From Scenedesmus sp. PABB004 (Eukaryota): DNA of 64,000 nt. Positions 11,733 through 23,529 of this stretch are shown here, one piece after another. The stretch covers positions 1,488,001-1,552,000 of the forward strand of contig CM026547.1 of the NCBI GenBank assembly GCA_014905635.1, read 5' to 3'. The notes under the pieces were generated by a model. The model was not told where the DNA came from and ran no database searches. It saw nothing but the letters and a program-made list of their open reading frames with translations. The position numbers and the translations under genes are program-made. How positions within the stretch are numbered: position 1 is the first letter of the stretch; each line of letters starts with the position of its first letter.

Positions 11733-12853
11733 GGGGCGGCCGCGTGCGGCGCGGCTCCAAGCCCTGCGACGCAGCGCGCCGCTCCAAGCCCCCCTCCGGC
11801 CGTCGCCCCACCCCGTGCGCGCGCACGCGCGCCGCCGCCGCGTCCAGGTCGACGGGCTGCGCAACCCGCTGGTGTCGAGCCTCTTCCTCGAAGACTGCCC
11901 CATCCACACCGCCGCGTTTGCGGCCGGCGGCGCGACGGTCGTCGCGGCGGGGCGGCGGCCGTTCTACTACGTCGCCGACCTCCACAGCGGCGCGCTCGAG
12001 CGCGTCGTCGCGCCGCCGAGCCTCTACCACACCGGCGGCGCCAAGGGCGGCGCCAAGGGCGGCGGCGCCAGGGGCGGCGGCGGCGGCGGCATGAAGAGCT
12101 GCGAGTCGTTTGCGGCGAGCCCCGCGCCGGGGCGGCCGCTGCTCGCGTTCCTCGGCGACGGCGGGCACATCGGCCTGGTCAGCCTCGGCTCGCGGGCGCC
12201 CGTGGGCAGCCTGAAGATGAACGGCAGCGCCCGCGCGGCCGCGTTCAGCGCCGACGGCGCCACTCTCGTCACCGCGGGTGCGCGCCGCGCCGCGCCGCGC
12301 CGCGCGCGCGCGCGGGCGGGCGAGCGGGGCGTGGCCGCCGCGCCGCGCGGCGCCACACATGCGTGACAACTTTCAGCGCGGCCTAGCCCCTCCGGCCCCG
12401 CTGTGTTCTCAGCACGCGACAGCGACCCCACGCCTGTTTTGTTGCCCCGCGGCGCCACGCTTCATCGCGCGGCGGGGCTGGTTGAGCAGGCGACAGCCCG
12501 CGCACGCGCCGCGCCCCTCCCTCCCTCGCCCCCGCATCCCTCGCTCCCCTCCCCGCCGCGCGCGCACGCGCGCGCGCCGGCGGCCGCGCTGACCCGCCCC
12601 GCACTGACCCGCCGCGCGCTGACCCGCCCGCCGCCCCGCCGCGCCGCGCCCGCCGCCCCGTCCCAGGCGGCGACGGCGTGCTGTATACGTGGGACATGCG
12701 CAGCCAGCGCTGCCTGCAGCGCCAGCGCGACGAGGGCGCGCTCGACTGCGCGTCGCTCGCGCTCTCAGCCGACGGCTCCTACCTCGCCACCGGCGGCGCG
12801 GCGGGCGTGGTCAGCGTGTACGCGCGCCCCGCGGGCCTGCTCGCGCCGCTCGG

Positions 12854-12884
<31 letters not shown>

Positions 12885-13205
12885 GGCGGCGCGGCGGCGG
12901 GCTTTGGCGCGCCGCCCGCGGCGCCGGCGCCGCTCAAGGCGCTGATGAACTTGACGACCACGGTGGACACGCTGGCGTTCAGCCACGACGGCCAGATGCT
13001 GCTCATGGGCTCGCGGCTGAAGCGCGAGGCGCTGCGCGTGGCGCACCTGCCCAGCCTCACCGTGTTCTCCAACTGGCCGACGACCCGGTCGCCGCTGCAC
13101 TACGTCCACTGCGCCGCGTTCAGCCCGCACGGCGGCTTCCTGGGCGTCGGCAACGCCAAGGGCCGCGCGCTGCTGTACCGGCTGCACCACTACGCCGAGG
13201 CGTGA
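10633..13205 (+). CDS. UTP18: U3 snoRNA-associated protein 18 (WD40), 5 exons
   Basis: PAWVDPAD...RLRKLR...LSGAEYEAALRRQH, FHPNGQLMLTAGFDKRLKIFQVDG, LMNLTTTVDTLAFSHDGQML, VFSNWPT, GNAKGRALLYRLHHY. Confidence 0.92.
12360..12498 (+). ncRNA. Intronic box H/ACA snoRNA (two hairpins); 3' hairpin predicted to guide an 18S rRNA pseudouridine
   Basis: Lower-GC island in the long UTP18 intron. Hairpin 1 (12360-12418) is followed by ACA at 12419; hairpin 2 (12431-12492) is followed by ACA at 12493. Both have internal-loop pockets 14-15 nt upstream of ACA. Pocket 2 is complementary to 18S CUCAACCA-U-A-AACGA. Confidence 0.8.
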
Positions 13206-13478
13206 GCGGCGGGGCGTGAGCGGCGGGGCGTCGGCGCTGAGGCGTGAGCGCCGCGCAGTGCGTGCTGCGCGGTGCAACCGCGCGGTTTTGGACTTGGCCC
13301 CGCGGCTCGCGCCGCTCCGCTGTGGTCCAGCCAGCCAGGACATGCAGCTCCGGTGAGCCCGACAGCCCCGTTGGCCCAAGATCCACATCTGCCGCCGGCA
13401 GCGCGCAGCAGCAGCGCCGCCGCCGCCGCGCCAACGCCTGCCCGCACAGCCGCGCCGGCGAGGGCGCGCCCTTGCACC

Positions 13479-14442
13479 ATGTCGTCAGCGGCGCCCCGCG
13501 CGCTCGCGGCCGGGCAGCAGCGCGGCCGGCTGTCGCTTCCCTCGCCAGCGCCTGTCCCAGCGCGCTGCCTCGCGCGCCCGGGCTGCATTAGACCAGCAGG
13601 TGCGCCGCCGCGCGGGACGCAGGGAGATCTGCAACAGGCGCGCCGCGCCGACCTGCTGCGCCGCGCGTCGCGCCGAGCGCTGCCCGCCGCCGCTGCCGGC
13701 GCGCGTGCTCCGGCAGGTGCGCGCCGGCGGGGACCGGCCGTGGTGTTCGCCGCCAAGCGCGCCGTGGCGGCGGCGCTGGCGCCCGCGGCGGCGGCGCCCG
13801 TGCTGCTGGCGCCGGCGCTCGCGTTCAGTAGCGGCACCTACCTGATGGCCCCAATCTACCTCACGCTCGCCTTCTTCCCCCGCTCCAAGCTGGTGCGTGC
13901 CTCCCACGCCGCAGCCGCTCGCCGCGGCGGCAGTCCTGCCGACCGGGGACGGGCGTGCTGCGGCATCCGCGCGGCCAGGCGCGGCGGCGGCCGCGTGCTG
14001 TGCTGACGCAGGGCCGCCGCCGCGCCCGCCGCGCCTGCGCGCGCAGTCGCAGGCCATCCTGAGCAGCGCGCTGCTGCCGCTGGCCTTTGCGGCGGCGTAC
14101 GCGGTGCTGGCGTGGCAGGCGTGGCAGGGCGGCGACCTGGGCGCGGTGCAGCAGGTCCTCGCCGCGTCGCGGCCCCTGCCCGACGCGGCGAGCCTCGCGG
14201 CGCTGTTCCAGCACAAGACGCTCACCGCGCTCGCGTGGCTGCACCTGCTGCTGCTGGACTTTCTCACCGCGCGGGCGGTGCTCATGGACGGGCTGCGCCA
14301 GCTCGTGCCGACCGCGCACTCGGTGCTGCTCTGCTTCATGGTCGGCCCCCTGGGCCTGCTGAGCCACGTGCTGACGCGCCTCGTCGTGCACCGGCTGCGC
14401 GGCGACAACGCCGCGGTCGCGAGCAGCAGCATGTGGGCGTGA
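13479..14442 (+). CDS. ABA4: ABA4-like (DUF4281) plastid membrane protein, neoxanthin-synthesis family
   Basis: Transit-peptide-like N-terminus; LAWLHLLLLDFLTAR...HSVLLCFMVGPLGLLSH signature; one intron at about 13893-14046. Confidence 0.85.
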
Positions 14443-14830
14443 GCCGGCCGGCCGGCAGCTGCAGGCGGGCGGCGGCGTGCCGCGTCGCGCGAGGGCGTGC
14501 GCGCGGGCAGACGCGTGTGCGCCGCCCGTGCGGCGCCACCGACCGCGTTGCTGCTGGTCCCGCGCGGCCACGTGGCTGCGGCAAGGCGAGTGATTCATTC
14601 TTCGAGCGCGAGTGGTGTGGGGCGATGATAAGCGGTCGCTGCCGCCGGCGGCGCGGGCGGCGTCGTAACTGCCAGGGCGAGCCACGCGAGCCCTTGACCG
14701 CCCCCGGGCGCACGCGCGCGGCAGTGGCGGCGCGCTGGGCAGGCCGCGGGTTACAGCGCCGACCGACGACGGCGGGCGCAAACAGGTGCGCGGCGCGGCG
14801 CAGCGATCACGAGGCCCGCCGGCGGCCGCC

Positions 14831-16696
14831 TCACTGCCCCGGCGACGCGTCGCTGCTGGCCTTGGCCGCCTTGGCGGCGCGCTGCGCCTGCGCCGCGGCG
14901 GTCTTGTCGAGCGCGTCGTCGATGAGGCGCCGCAGCTGCTTCTTCTCCGCGAGCAGCTTGAGGAAGTTGAAGAGGAATGGAATGTAGTTGTGCTTGCGCC
15001 GCACGTTCTCGTCCCGCCAGGTGGCGCGCTTCGCCTGCTCCGCCGCGAGGTCGTCCTGCAGCTGCGAGATGCGCCCCGCCGCGTCGGCCTGCGCCGCCTG
15101 CAGGCCCGCCTCGTCGTCGGGCAGGCCCGCGCCGCCGCCGCCCGCGTCGGCCGCGCCGCCCGCGAGCCGCGCGGCCGCCGCGTCGCGCCGCGCGGTCGCC
15201 GCATCGAGCTGCGCCTGCAGCACCTGCTGCCGGTCCGCGACCACGGCCATGAGGTTGAACCGGATCTCGCTCGCCGCGTAGCGCGCGATGCGCGCCTGGA
15301 TCGCCGGCGCCGCCGCGTCCACCCACGTGTCCTGGCGCGCGGCGCGGGCGGGCGGGCGGGGTGGCGCCGCGGGGCGCGGGGCGCGGGGCGCGGGGCGCGG
15401 GGCGCGGGGCGCGGGGCGCGGGGCGCGGGGCGCGGGGCGCGGGGCGCGGGGCGCGGGGCGCGGGGCGCGGGGCGCGGGGCGCGGGGCGCGGGGCGCGGGG
15501 CGCGGGGCGCGGGGCGCGGGGCGCGGGGCGCGGGGCGCGGGGCGCGGGGCGCGGGGCGCGGGGCGCGGGGCGGCGGCGCTGCGGGCGCGCAGCGCGCGCA
15601 CCTGCGTGACGCCCTCCGCCAGCAGGATTGGGCCCTGCTTCAGGCCGTCCAGCTCGTACAGCCGCCCGTCGACGGGCAAGTAGCTGCGGCGCGCGCGCGC
15701 AGGCGGGCGGGTCGGGGCGGCGTGCGGCGTGCGGCGCGCGCGGCGACGGCAGCCGCTGCTCCTGAAAAGGCCGCTGCCGCTGCGGCTGCTGCGCAGCCCC
15801 CCCCCCCCCCCCCCCCCCGCTGCCCCCCCCCCCCTTCCCCCAAGCGCGTGCCTGATGAAGTGATACACGTCGTCATCGTCCCCCGCGCTGCGCTGCTCGT
15901 CCGGCACGAGCGGCTCGGGGCGCGCAAAGCTGTTGTGCGCGGCGCGGATGCTGTCGGAGTTGCTGATCGCGAGGCCTGCAGCGCGGCGGGGCCGGCGCGG
16001 GCGCTCAGCCGGCGGCGGCAGCGCGCGCGGCGCCGCCCAGCAGCGGCCGCACGGCGCGCCTTTGAGCTCCGGCGGGAAGTCGGCGGTGAACTCCCGGAAG
16101 TTGGTCAGCTCCTGGCCGAGCTCGAGCTGCGGGCAGTTGAGCAGCACCGAGAGGATCGCCTGCGTCGCGCATGCGTTGTTGATAACCTGCGCGGCGGGCG
16201 CGGCGGGCGGCGGGCGCGGTGGTGGGGCGGCGCGGGCGGCGCGGCGCGGGTCGCGCGGCGGCTGCAGGTCGGCGCGGCGCGGGCGGCGCGCCTGGTTTGC
16301 AAAGAAGACCCGCCCCGCCGCCTCGCTGCCGTCCACGGGGCGCTCGTCCTTCTCGGAGCGCCACTTGAACAGGAAGATCAGCCCGTACACCGGCCTGCGC
16401 GCGCCGCAGTGGCGTGTGTGCCACCTGAAGCAGCGGCCGCCGCCGCCTGCGCCGCCCGCGCGCGCCCCCGCCGCGCGCACTTGAAGGCCGCCAGCGACTC
16501 CGCGTCCAGGGAGTAGAGCTCCTCCACCTGGCAGCCGCGCGGCGCGGCGGTTGGCGCGGGACGCGCGGCGAGCAGCGGCGGCGCCGGCCGCCGCTGCCGC
16601 GCGGCGCACCTGCACGCCGCGCACGCCGATCGACTGTATGAGCTCCGTGAAGACGCCCGGGTCGCTCTCGATGGTCGTCCAGGTCTGCGCCGCCAT
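14831..16696 (-). CDS. UCHL5: Ubiquitin carboxyl-terminal hydrolase UCH37/UCHL5 family
   Basis: WTTIESDPGVFTELI, PVYGLIFLFKW, FANQVINNACATQAILS (catalytic Cys), YHFISY, LYELDGL, IRFNLMAVV, WRDENVRRKHNYIPF. Confidence 0.95.
   Translation of the reverse strand: MAAQTWTTIESDPGVFTELIQSIGVRGVQVRRAAAAAGAAAARRASRANRRAARLPGGGALLPGRGVAGGLQVRAAGARAGGAGGGGRCFRWHTRHCGARRPVYGLIFLFKWRSEKDERPVDGSEAAGRVFFANQARRPRRADLQPPRDPRRAARAAPPPRPPPAAPAAQVINNACATQAILSVLLNCPQLELGQELTNFREFTADFPPELKGAPCGRCWAAPRALPPPAERPRRPRRAAGLAISNSDSIRAAHNSFARPEPLVPDEQRSAGDDDDVYHFIRHALGGRGGGAAGGGGGGGLRSSRSGSGLFRSSGCRRRARRTPHAAPTRPPARARRSYLPVDGRLYELDGLKQGPILLAEGVTQVRALRARSAAAPRPAPRAPRPAPRAPRPAPRAPRPAPRAPRPAPRAPRPAPRAPRPAPRAPRPAPRAPRPAPRAPRPAAPPRPPARAARQDTWVDAAAPAIQARIARYAASEIRFNLMAVVADRQQVLQAQLDAATARRDAAAARLAGGAADAGGGGAGLPDDEAGLQAAQADAAGRISQLQDDLAAEQAKRATWRDENVRRKHNYIPFLFNFLKLLAEKKQLRRLIDDALDKTAAAQAQRAAKAAKASSDASPGQ
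15371..15572 (+). repeat. Perfect (GGGGCGC)n heptamer minisatellite, about 29 copies, in a UCH37 intron
   Basis: Uninterrupted 7-mer over 202 bp. Confidence 0.95.
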
Positions 16697-17052
16697 CGCG
16701 CGGCACGAGCGGGCGCGGCGGCGGGAGCGCCGGCGGCGGCGGCAGCGGGAGCGGCGGTGCGCCGGGCGACGGCGGTGGTGGCGCTGCTGGGCGTCTCGTC
16801 GGCGGCCACGGGCTGTGACGCGCGCCGATGCGACAGGACCACGGGCAGGGTTGTGCGCCGGTGCTTTCTCGCTCCCAGCAGCGTTCCCGCGCCCCGTGCA
16901 CGCCCGCAGGGACCGCCCGATCACACCGCCACGCTCGCTCACCCCGCGTCGCCGCCCGATCACGCGCCAGGCGCGCGCCGATCAGCTCGCGCGCCTCCCC
17001 GCCCTAGCCCCTTGCTCCGCCCGCGGGCGGCCGGCAGGCGGCGACCGGCACC

Positions 17053-18465
17053 ATGAACGAGCTGGAGGTGCGGCGCGCCGGCCGCGGAGAGCGCGGGGGC
17101 TCGCGCGGCGCCGCCGCGACCGCCCGCTGCTCCGCCGCACGCGCCGCAGGTGGAGCGCCAGATAGAGCAGATGGTCCGCTTCATCAAGCAGGAGGCGGAG
17201 GAGAAGTCCAACGAAATCAGGGTCTCCGCGGAGGAGGTGCGGCGCGCGCCGGGCGAGCGGGGGCGCCGGATCCCGTGTCCCGCGCCGCCGCCGCCGCTGC
17301 GGCGCCCGCCGCGGCGCGCTCAGCGCCCGCCTGCCGCGCTGCGCGGCAGGAGTTCAACCTGGAGAAGCTGCAGCTGCTGGAGCAGGAGAAAGCCAAGATC
17401 AGGAAGGAGTACGAGCGGCGCGAGGGGCAGGTGGAGGTCAAGAAGAAAATGTGAGAGCACACGCCGCGCCCGGCCTCGCCGGGCCGGGCCGGGATGGCAG
17501 CGTGCGGGCTGGCGGCTCCCCGCGCCGCCAGCAGCGGCAGGCGCACGGCTGGAAGCGCGGCGCGCCCGGCGCCCGCCCCGCCGCGCCGCCGCGCCCGCGC
17601 CGGCCCACGCCGCGCGCCGCGCCGCGCCCACGCCCGCGCCCGGGCGCGCAGCGAGTACTCCAAGACGCTCAACGAGGCGCGGCTCAAGGTGCTGGCGGCG
17701 CGCGAGGCGGCGATCCAGACGGTGGTCAAGGAGGCGCGCGCGCGCGTGCGCGAGGCCGCCAAAAGCCCCGCCGCGTACAAAAAGCTCATGCAGGACCTGC
17801 TGGTGCAGGTGCGCCCCAGCGACGTACATGCACACGCACACACACACGCCGCCGCCGCTGCCGCCGCCGCCGCGCGGGAGCGGTGGTCTGCGCCACGCCG
17901 CCGCGCGAGCGCCCGCGCGCCCCGGGCCGCCCGCGGGCGCGCCTCCACCGCCGGCGCGCCGCCGCCGCCGCCGCGCGCCGCAGGCGATGCGCAAGCTGGG
18001 CGAGCCCACCGCGCTGGTGCGGGTGCGGCAGGTCGACCTGGCGCTGGCCAAGGAGGTGCTGGAGCCGGCGCGCAAGCAGTTTGCCGCGAGCTACGGCGCC
18101 GAGGCGCCCTCCCTCACGCTCGACCAGCGCGACTTCCTGCCCCCGCCGCCCAGCGGCGCCGCGGCCGACGACGGCAACGAGGCCGCGAGCTGGTGCGTGC
18201 GCGCGCGGCGGCGCGCGCGGCTGCCGCGCAGCGGCTGCGGCCGCGGCCGCGGCCGGGCCCTGCGCGCGCCGACGCTGCCGCTGCCGCCGACGCCGACGCC
18301 GCCGCACGCGCGCCGTGCAGCTCCGGCGGCGTGCTGGTGACGAGCGCGGACGGGCGCATCGTGGTGAGCAACACGCTGGACCACCGCGTGCACATCGCAT
18401 ACGAGGCCAACCTGCCGGACATCCGCGGCACGCTCTTCGGCGTCGCCGCCGCCGGCACGCACTGA
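17053..18465 (+). CDS. VHA-E: V-type H+-ATPase subunit E, 6 exons
   Basis: VERQIEQMVRFIKQEAEEKSNEI, EEFNLEKLQLLEQEK, LNEARLKVL, GGVLVTSADGRIVVSNTLDHR. Confidence 0.95.
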
Positions 18466-18723
18466 GCGCCGCGCGGCGCCGGTGCCGGCGCTGCGCTCTC
18501 GTGATGCGCGGCAGGGCGGGGTGGGTTGGGAGGGGGATGGGGATGCGGTGAGGGGGGGGGGGCGCTAGGCTGCGTGTGACATGACGGTCAGCGAGCGGCC
18601 GCTCGTGCGCCCGAGACTGTGTGCGCAGCAAGCAGCCCTGTCAGACCTGCCTCATCGACTCAGCTCGGGGATCCGCGGCTCGCCAGCCGCGCACAGCCGC
18701 GCACAGGCGCTCAGGGCCCTGAG

Positions 18724-20166
18724 ATGGCCGAGCAGCAGCACGCCGCCGCCGCGCTGGAGCTGTGGCAGCGCGTTCAGGCGGCGGGCCCGCTGGTGCGCTG
18801 GCTCACTCCCACCTGCACGCGCAGCAGCCGATCACGCCGCGCACGGCTCCACACGACCGCGCGGCGCCACCGCCGCTGCTGCTGCCGCCGGCGCGCGCAG
18901 GTGCAGTGCATCACCAACTTTGTGTCCATGGACATCATGGCCAACACGCTGCTCGCGGCGGGCTGCAGCCCCGCGATGGCGCACTCGCTCGACGGTGGGC
19001 GCGGCCGCTGCGCCGTGCACGCCAGCGGCCGGCCACACCGCCCACACCGCCGCCCACACCGCCACGCTCGCTCCGGCCCCATTTGCTGCCGATCAGAGGT
19101 GGAAGAGTTTGTGGGCATCGCGTCGGCGCTGCTCATCAACATGGGCACGCTCTCCAGCGACTGGGTCGCGGCCAAGAAGCTCGCCGCCAAGCAGGCGCGC
19201 CGCGCTGCACACACCCTCGGCGCGCACGGCCGCCGCGCGGCGCACGCGCGCGCGTGCGACCGCGCCCCCGCGCACGGCCGCGGCGCGCGCCCGCGCCCGC
19301 AGGCGGTGGCGCTGGGCAAGCCGTGGGTGCTGGACCCGGTCGGCTGCGGCGCGACGACGTATCGCACCGCGGCGTGCGTGGCGATGCTGCGGCTGCGGCC
19401 GGCGGTCGTGCGGGGCAACGCGTCCGAAATCCTGGCGCTGGCCGGCGCGGCAGGTGGGGCCCGAGCAGCCGCGCGAGCAGGCGGGCGGGACGCACGCGGG
19501 CGGGCGCGCGGCGCCCCGGCGGCCCGCAGACCCCCGCGCGCTGCGCAGGCACGACCAAGGGCGTCGACAGCACCGCGGCCAGCCACGAGGCGCTCGACGC
19601 GGCCAAGAAGCTCGCGGCGGAGCACGGCTGCATCGTAGCGGTGTCGGGCGCCGTCGACCTGGTGCGCGCGGGTGCGCGCTGACCGCAGAGCGCGCTTGCC
19701 GCGCCGGCTGTCGACGCGCCCTGGCTTTCGGCGCGCCGCAGGTGACGGACGGCTCGAACGTGCTGGCCGTGGCCAACGGCGTGGCGCTGCTGCCCAAGGT
19801 CACCGCGACGGGCTGCTCCGTGACGGCGCTGATCGCTGGCTTCATGGCCGTCGCGGCGCCGGGGCAGGCGCTGGTCGCGACCGCCGCCGCGCTCGCCGTG
19901 TTTGGGTGCGCGCCGCGGGAGCCTGCGGGGCACCTGCCCGAAGAGCTCGGCCCGCCCGCGCTGCGCGCTGCGCGCCGCATGCGGCCCCGCGACCGCGCGC
20001 ACGCCCGTGCCGCAGGTTTGCCGCCGAGCTCGCCGCGCAGGACGCCAAGGGCCCCGGCAGCCTGCGCGTGGGGCTGCTGGATGCGCTGCACCAGCTGGCG
20101 GAGGGCGCCAACGGCGACGCGGCGCAGCAGCTGCTGGCGGGGCTGAAGATCGCCGCGCACAGCTGA
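18724..20166 (+). CDS. thiM: Hydroxyethylthiazole kinase (thiamine salvage), 7 exons
   Basis: PLVQCITNFVSMDIMANTLLAAGCSPAM, LLINMGTL, PWVLDPVGCGATTYR, RGNASEI, KVTATGCS, GPGSLRVGLLDAL. Confidence 0.95.
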
Positions 20167-21293
20167 GCGCCGGCCGTCGTCGCGCTGTGCCGCGGGCTGC
20201 GGCGGTGTAACCCGCTGCCGCTTCCAGCGCCGCCACCGCAGCTGGCCGCCGGCGCGCCGCCGCCGGCGCGCGTGTGCGCCCGCAGGGCGGTCAAGGGCGG
20301 CTCGCGAGCCTCGCGCCCGCCGGCGGCTGCGCCCTGGCCGGAGCCCTGCTGGCCGGAGCGCCGCCTGCTGAGCCCTCCTGCCAGCCGCGGTGACGGCCTG
20401 CGCCGCGCGGCCGCGGCGCCGAGCTTGCGGGGGACCGCGCGGCACCGGCAGGCCGCTCACCCGCGCAGTCACCCGCGCCCGCTGCTGCCGGCGGCGGCGG
20501 CGGCTGTGGCGCGGGCGCGCGCGCCGGAGCACGCAGCGCGCCTCGCTCGCGCGGTCGCGCCCCCGCAGCCCGGCTGTCGGCCGCCGGCGGCCGGTCCAGG
20601 CTGGCCCGACCCGGTCATGGCGCGCCGCGCCGCTCGTTCGCGGCGCCCACCCGCCGCACACCTGCCGCGGGTGCCCATGCGTGCTTTGCGCGCGCCCGCG
20701 CCCGCGCCGCGTGAGTCACGGCGCGATCCCGGGCTGGCGACGCGAATCGTCGGTTTACGCGCCGTCTGCTGTCGTAACAGCTCATCATCCCGCGAGCCCG
20801 TCGTCGGCCGGGCGCCTACTTAGCGCCGCCGCCGCGTCGCCCGCCGCCTGTGTGGCGCTGCCCCGTCGTCGCTCGCTGCCAACACAGGCCGCGGCAACCG
20901 ACCGCAGCACCACCCGGACAGCGCCCTCACTCCCGCCGCCCGCGCCACCCGCCGCGAGTCCGGTGAGTTGCCTCCGCGGCTTGGGCGTGCGCCCACGGCC
21001 GCTGATCGGGCCGCGCGGGCCGGGGGAGCGCGCGGGGAGCGCCAGCGCGGCAGGTCACGTCGTCGACAGCGCGACCGCGCTGCCGCGCCCCCGCGGCGCC
21101 CCGAGCAGCTCTTCAGCGCGCATTGCGCGCCGGACGGGCCGGCGCAGCCCCGCGACGCGCCTGGCGGCCGCGCCAGGCTTGCAACGCGGCTGCCCGCTGA
21201 CCCCGCGCCCGCCCGCGCCCGCCCGCGCGCCGCGGTGCAGGCCCAGCCCCTCTCCGAGGCCCCCAACCCTCCAACCGCCGCCTGGTCGCCGCG

Positions 21294-23529
21294 ATGGCTC
21301 TCAAGGGCGACGCCAAGGCCGCCGCCAACGGCGGCTCCGCCGTCATCGCCAAGCGCTCGAAGTCGGCGGCGAGCCTCGTCAGCGAGGCGCCGACCGGCTT
21401 CAGCTGCTATGACCGCCCCACCCGCAAGCTCCTGCAGTCGGCCGAGCGGAAGATGGCCACGCGCTTCCTGGTGAGCGCCGCCGCGCGGCCTGCGGCCCGC
21501 GCGCGCGCGCGCGCGCCCCGCGCGCCCGCTCGCGCTGCCTGCCTGCTGACTGCCCGCCTGCCGCCCGCCTCCCCGCCCCGTCCGGTGCGCGTCGCTGCTC
21601 TCTTCATCAGTTTGGCGTGTTCATCACGATCTTCATCAACTACATCGACCGCACCAACCTCGCGTTTGCGTCGGTGCAGCTCAACTCCGACATCGGGCTC
21701 ACGCCCAGCGTGTACGGCTTTGGCTCCGGGCTGTTCTTCATCTCGTACGCCTGTGAGCGGCGCGCGCGCGCGCGCGCCCGCCCCCCGCCGCGCGCGGCGC
21801 CCCCCCCCCCCCCCCCGCGCGCCAGGCGCGCGTGCGCGCCTGGCCGGCCGCCGACGCCCCCGTCCGCCGCCCTCCCGCCCTCCCTCCCCCCTCCCCCCTC
21901 CCTCCCCGCGGCGCCGCGCAGTCTTCCAGCTGCCGAGCAACATCGCGCTCGACTTCTTCGGCGGCCCCAAGTGGATCGCCTTCATCTGCGCGACGTGGGG
22001 CGCCGTCGCGGCGGGCTTTGCGGGCATCCGCAACCAGGCCACCTTCCTCGCGCTGCGCTTCATGCTCGGCATCTTTGAGGCGGGCGCCTTCCCCGGCATG
22101 GTGTTCTACGTCTCCATGTTCTACCCCCGCACGCGCACCCAGGTGCCCATGACCGCCATCGTCATGGGCATCCTCGTCAGCCAGTGCGTCGGCGCCGCCA
22201 TGGCCGCCGGCTTCCTCTCCATGGACGGCATCGGCGGCCTGCGCGGCTGGCAGTGGTGCGCGCGCGCCGCCGCGCCGCGCTGCGCTGCTGGCGCTGCGCT
22301 GGTGCTGGCGCTGGCACCGCGCGCGCCGCCGCTGCGCTGGTGCTGCGCTGCGCGCGCCGCCCCGCGCGCGCCGCCCCGCGCGCGCCGCCCGCGCGCGCGC
22401 CGCCCCGCGCGCGCCGCGCCCCGCGCCCACGCCCTGCCCCGCGCGCCCACGCCCTGCCCCCGCGCCCTGCCCCGCGCTCGCCGCCGCCGCGCAGGCTGTT
22501 CCTCATTGAGGGCCTGATGTGCATCATGGTCTCGGCGTACTGGTTCTTCGTGATGCCGCGGTCCATCGCGACGATGAAGTTCCTGACCGACGAGGAGCGC
22601 GACGCGCTGCAGATGGTCATGGACGAGCAGTCGAGCCAGGAGAAGAAGCACGAGGAGGGGCACACCGTCAAGTACTACTGGTCCAAGGTCAAGTCGGCCT
22701 GCCACAACCCCATCACCTTTGCCGCCGCCGCGTGGGGCTTCTTCTACTTCTGGTGCGCGCCCCGCCGTCGCCTGCACGCGCCTGTGCGCGCGCGGCCCCC
22801 GCCTGCACGCGCCCCCGCCGCGCGCCCGCCACGCACCCGCGCCGGCCCCGCTCACCCGCGCGCGCCCGCCTGCCTGCCCGCCTGCCTGCCAGGGCCTACT
22901 ACGGCATCATCTACTGGGCGCCCATGCTGGTCAACGCGGTCATGCACAAGCCGCTGACCGCCAAGTCGACCAAGGCCGACGTCGTGACGGTGCTGCTGAC
23001 CGCCATCCCCTACGCCTGCGCCGCGGTGTGGCAGGTCGTCTACAGCTGGCACAGCCAGTACCGCAACGAGAAGCGCTGGCACGTCGTGGGCAGCTGGATG
23101 AGCGCCGCGGTGCTCATGTGCCTGCTCCCGACCGCGATGAAGGCGAGCGTGGCGGCCGCGTTTGCGGTGTTCACCCTCACCACCATGTTTGTGTACGGCG
23201 CGTTCTCCATCTCGCAGTCCTACATCGCCGGCCTCCTCGGCGGCGAGCGCGGCACGGGCGGCGCGATCCAGAACAGCATCGGCAACCTCGGCGGCTTCGT
23301 GGGCCCGTACGTCATTGGCGCGCTCTTCCAGAAGACGGGCACGCACGACGCGGGCATGTATGTGATGGGCGCGGGGCTGGCAATGAGCTGCATCATCGTC
23401 GCCGCGTACCAGCCGCGCTGGAGCGAGGCCAAGGCGATGCCGCACGCGCCCAGCAGCGCCGCGCTCGCGGGCCTGCCCAAGGCCGGCACCGAGGCGGAGC
23501 TGGCCAAGGACATCGACGCCAAGGTCTGA
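21294..23529 (+). CDS. MFS transporter, anion:cation symporter (ACS; tartrate/allantoate/nicotinate-like) family
   Basis: INYIDRTNLAFA, FQLPSN, LRFMLGIFEAGAFPG, GGLRGWQWLFLIEG, NSIGNLGGFVGPY; probable 5'UTR intron 20963-21240. Confidence 0.9.

Noticed and set aside
11716..11735. Long poly-G/poly-C runs in introns (also ~5712, ~15797, ~23706, ~31987, ~58687)
   Set aside because: These are common low-complexity tracts of unreliable length with no specific function evident.
18600..21290. TPP riboswitch associated with thiM or the MFS 5'UTR intron
   Set aside because: CTGAGA occurs at the thiM start, but the rest of the aptamer core was not found by eye.
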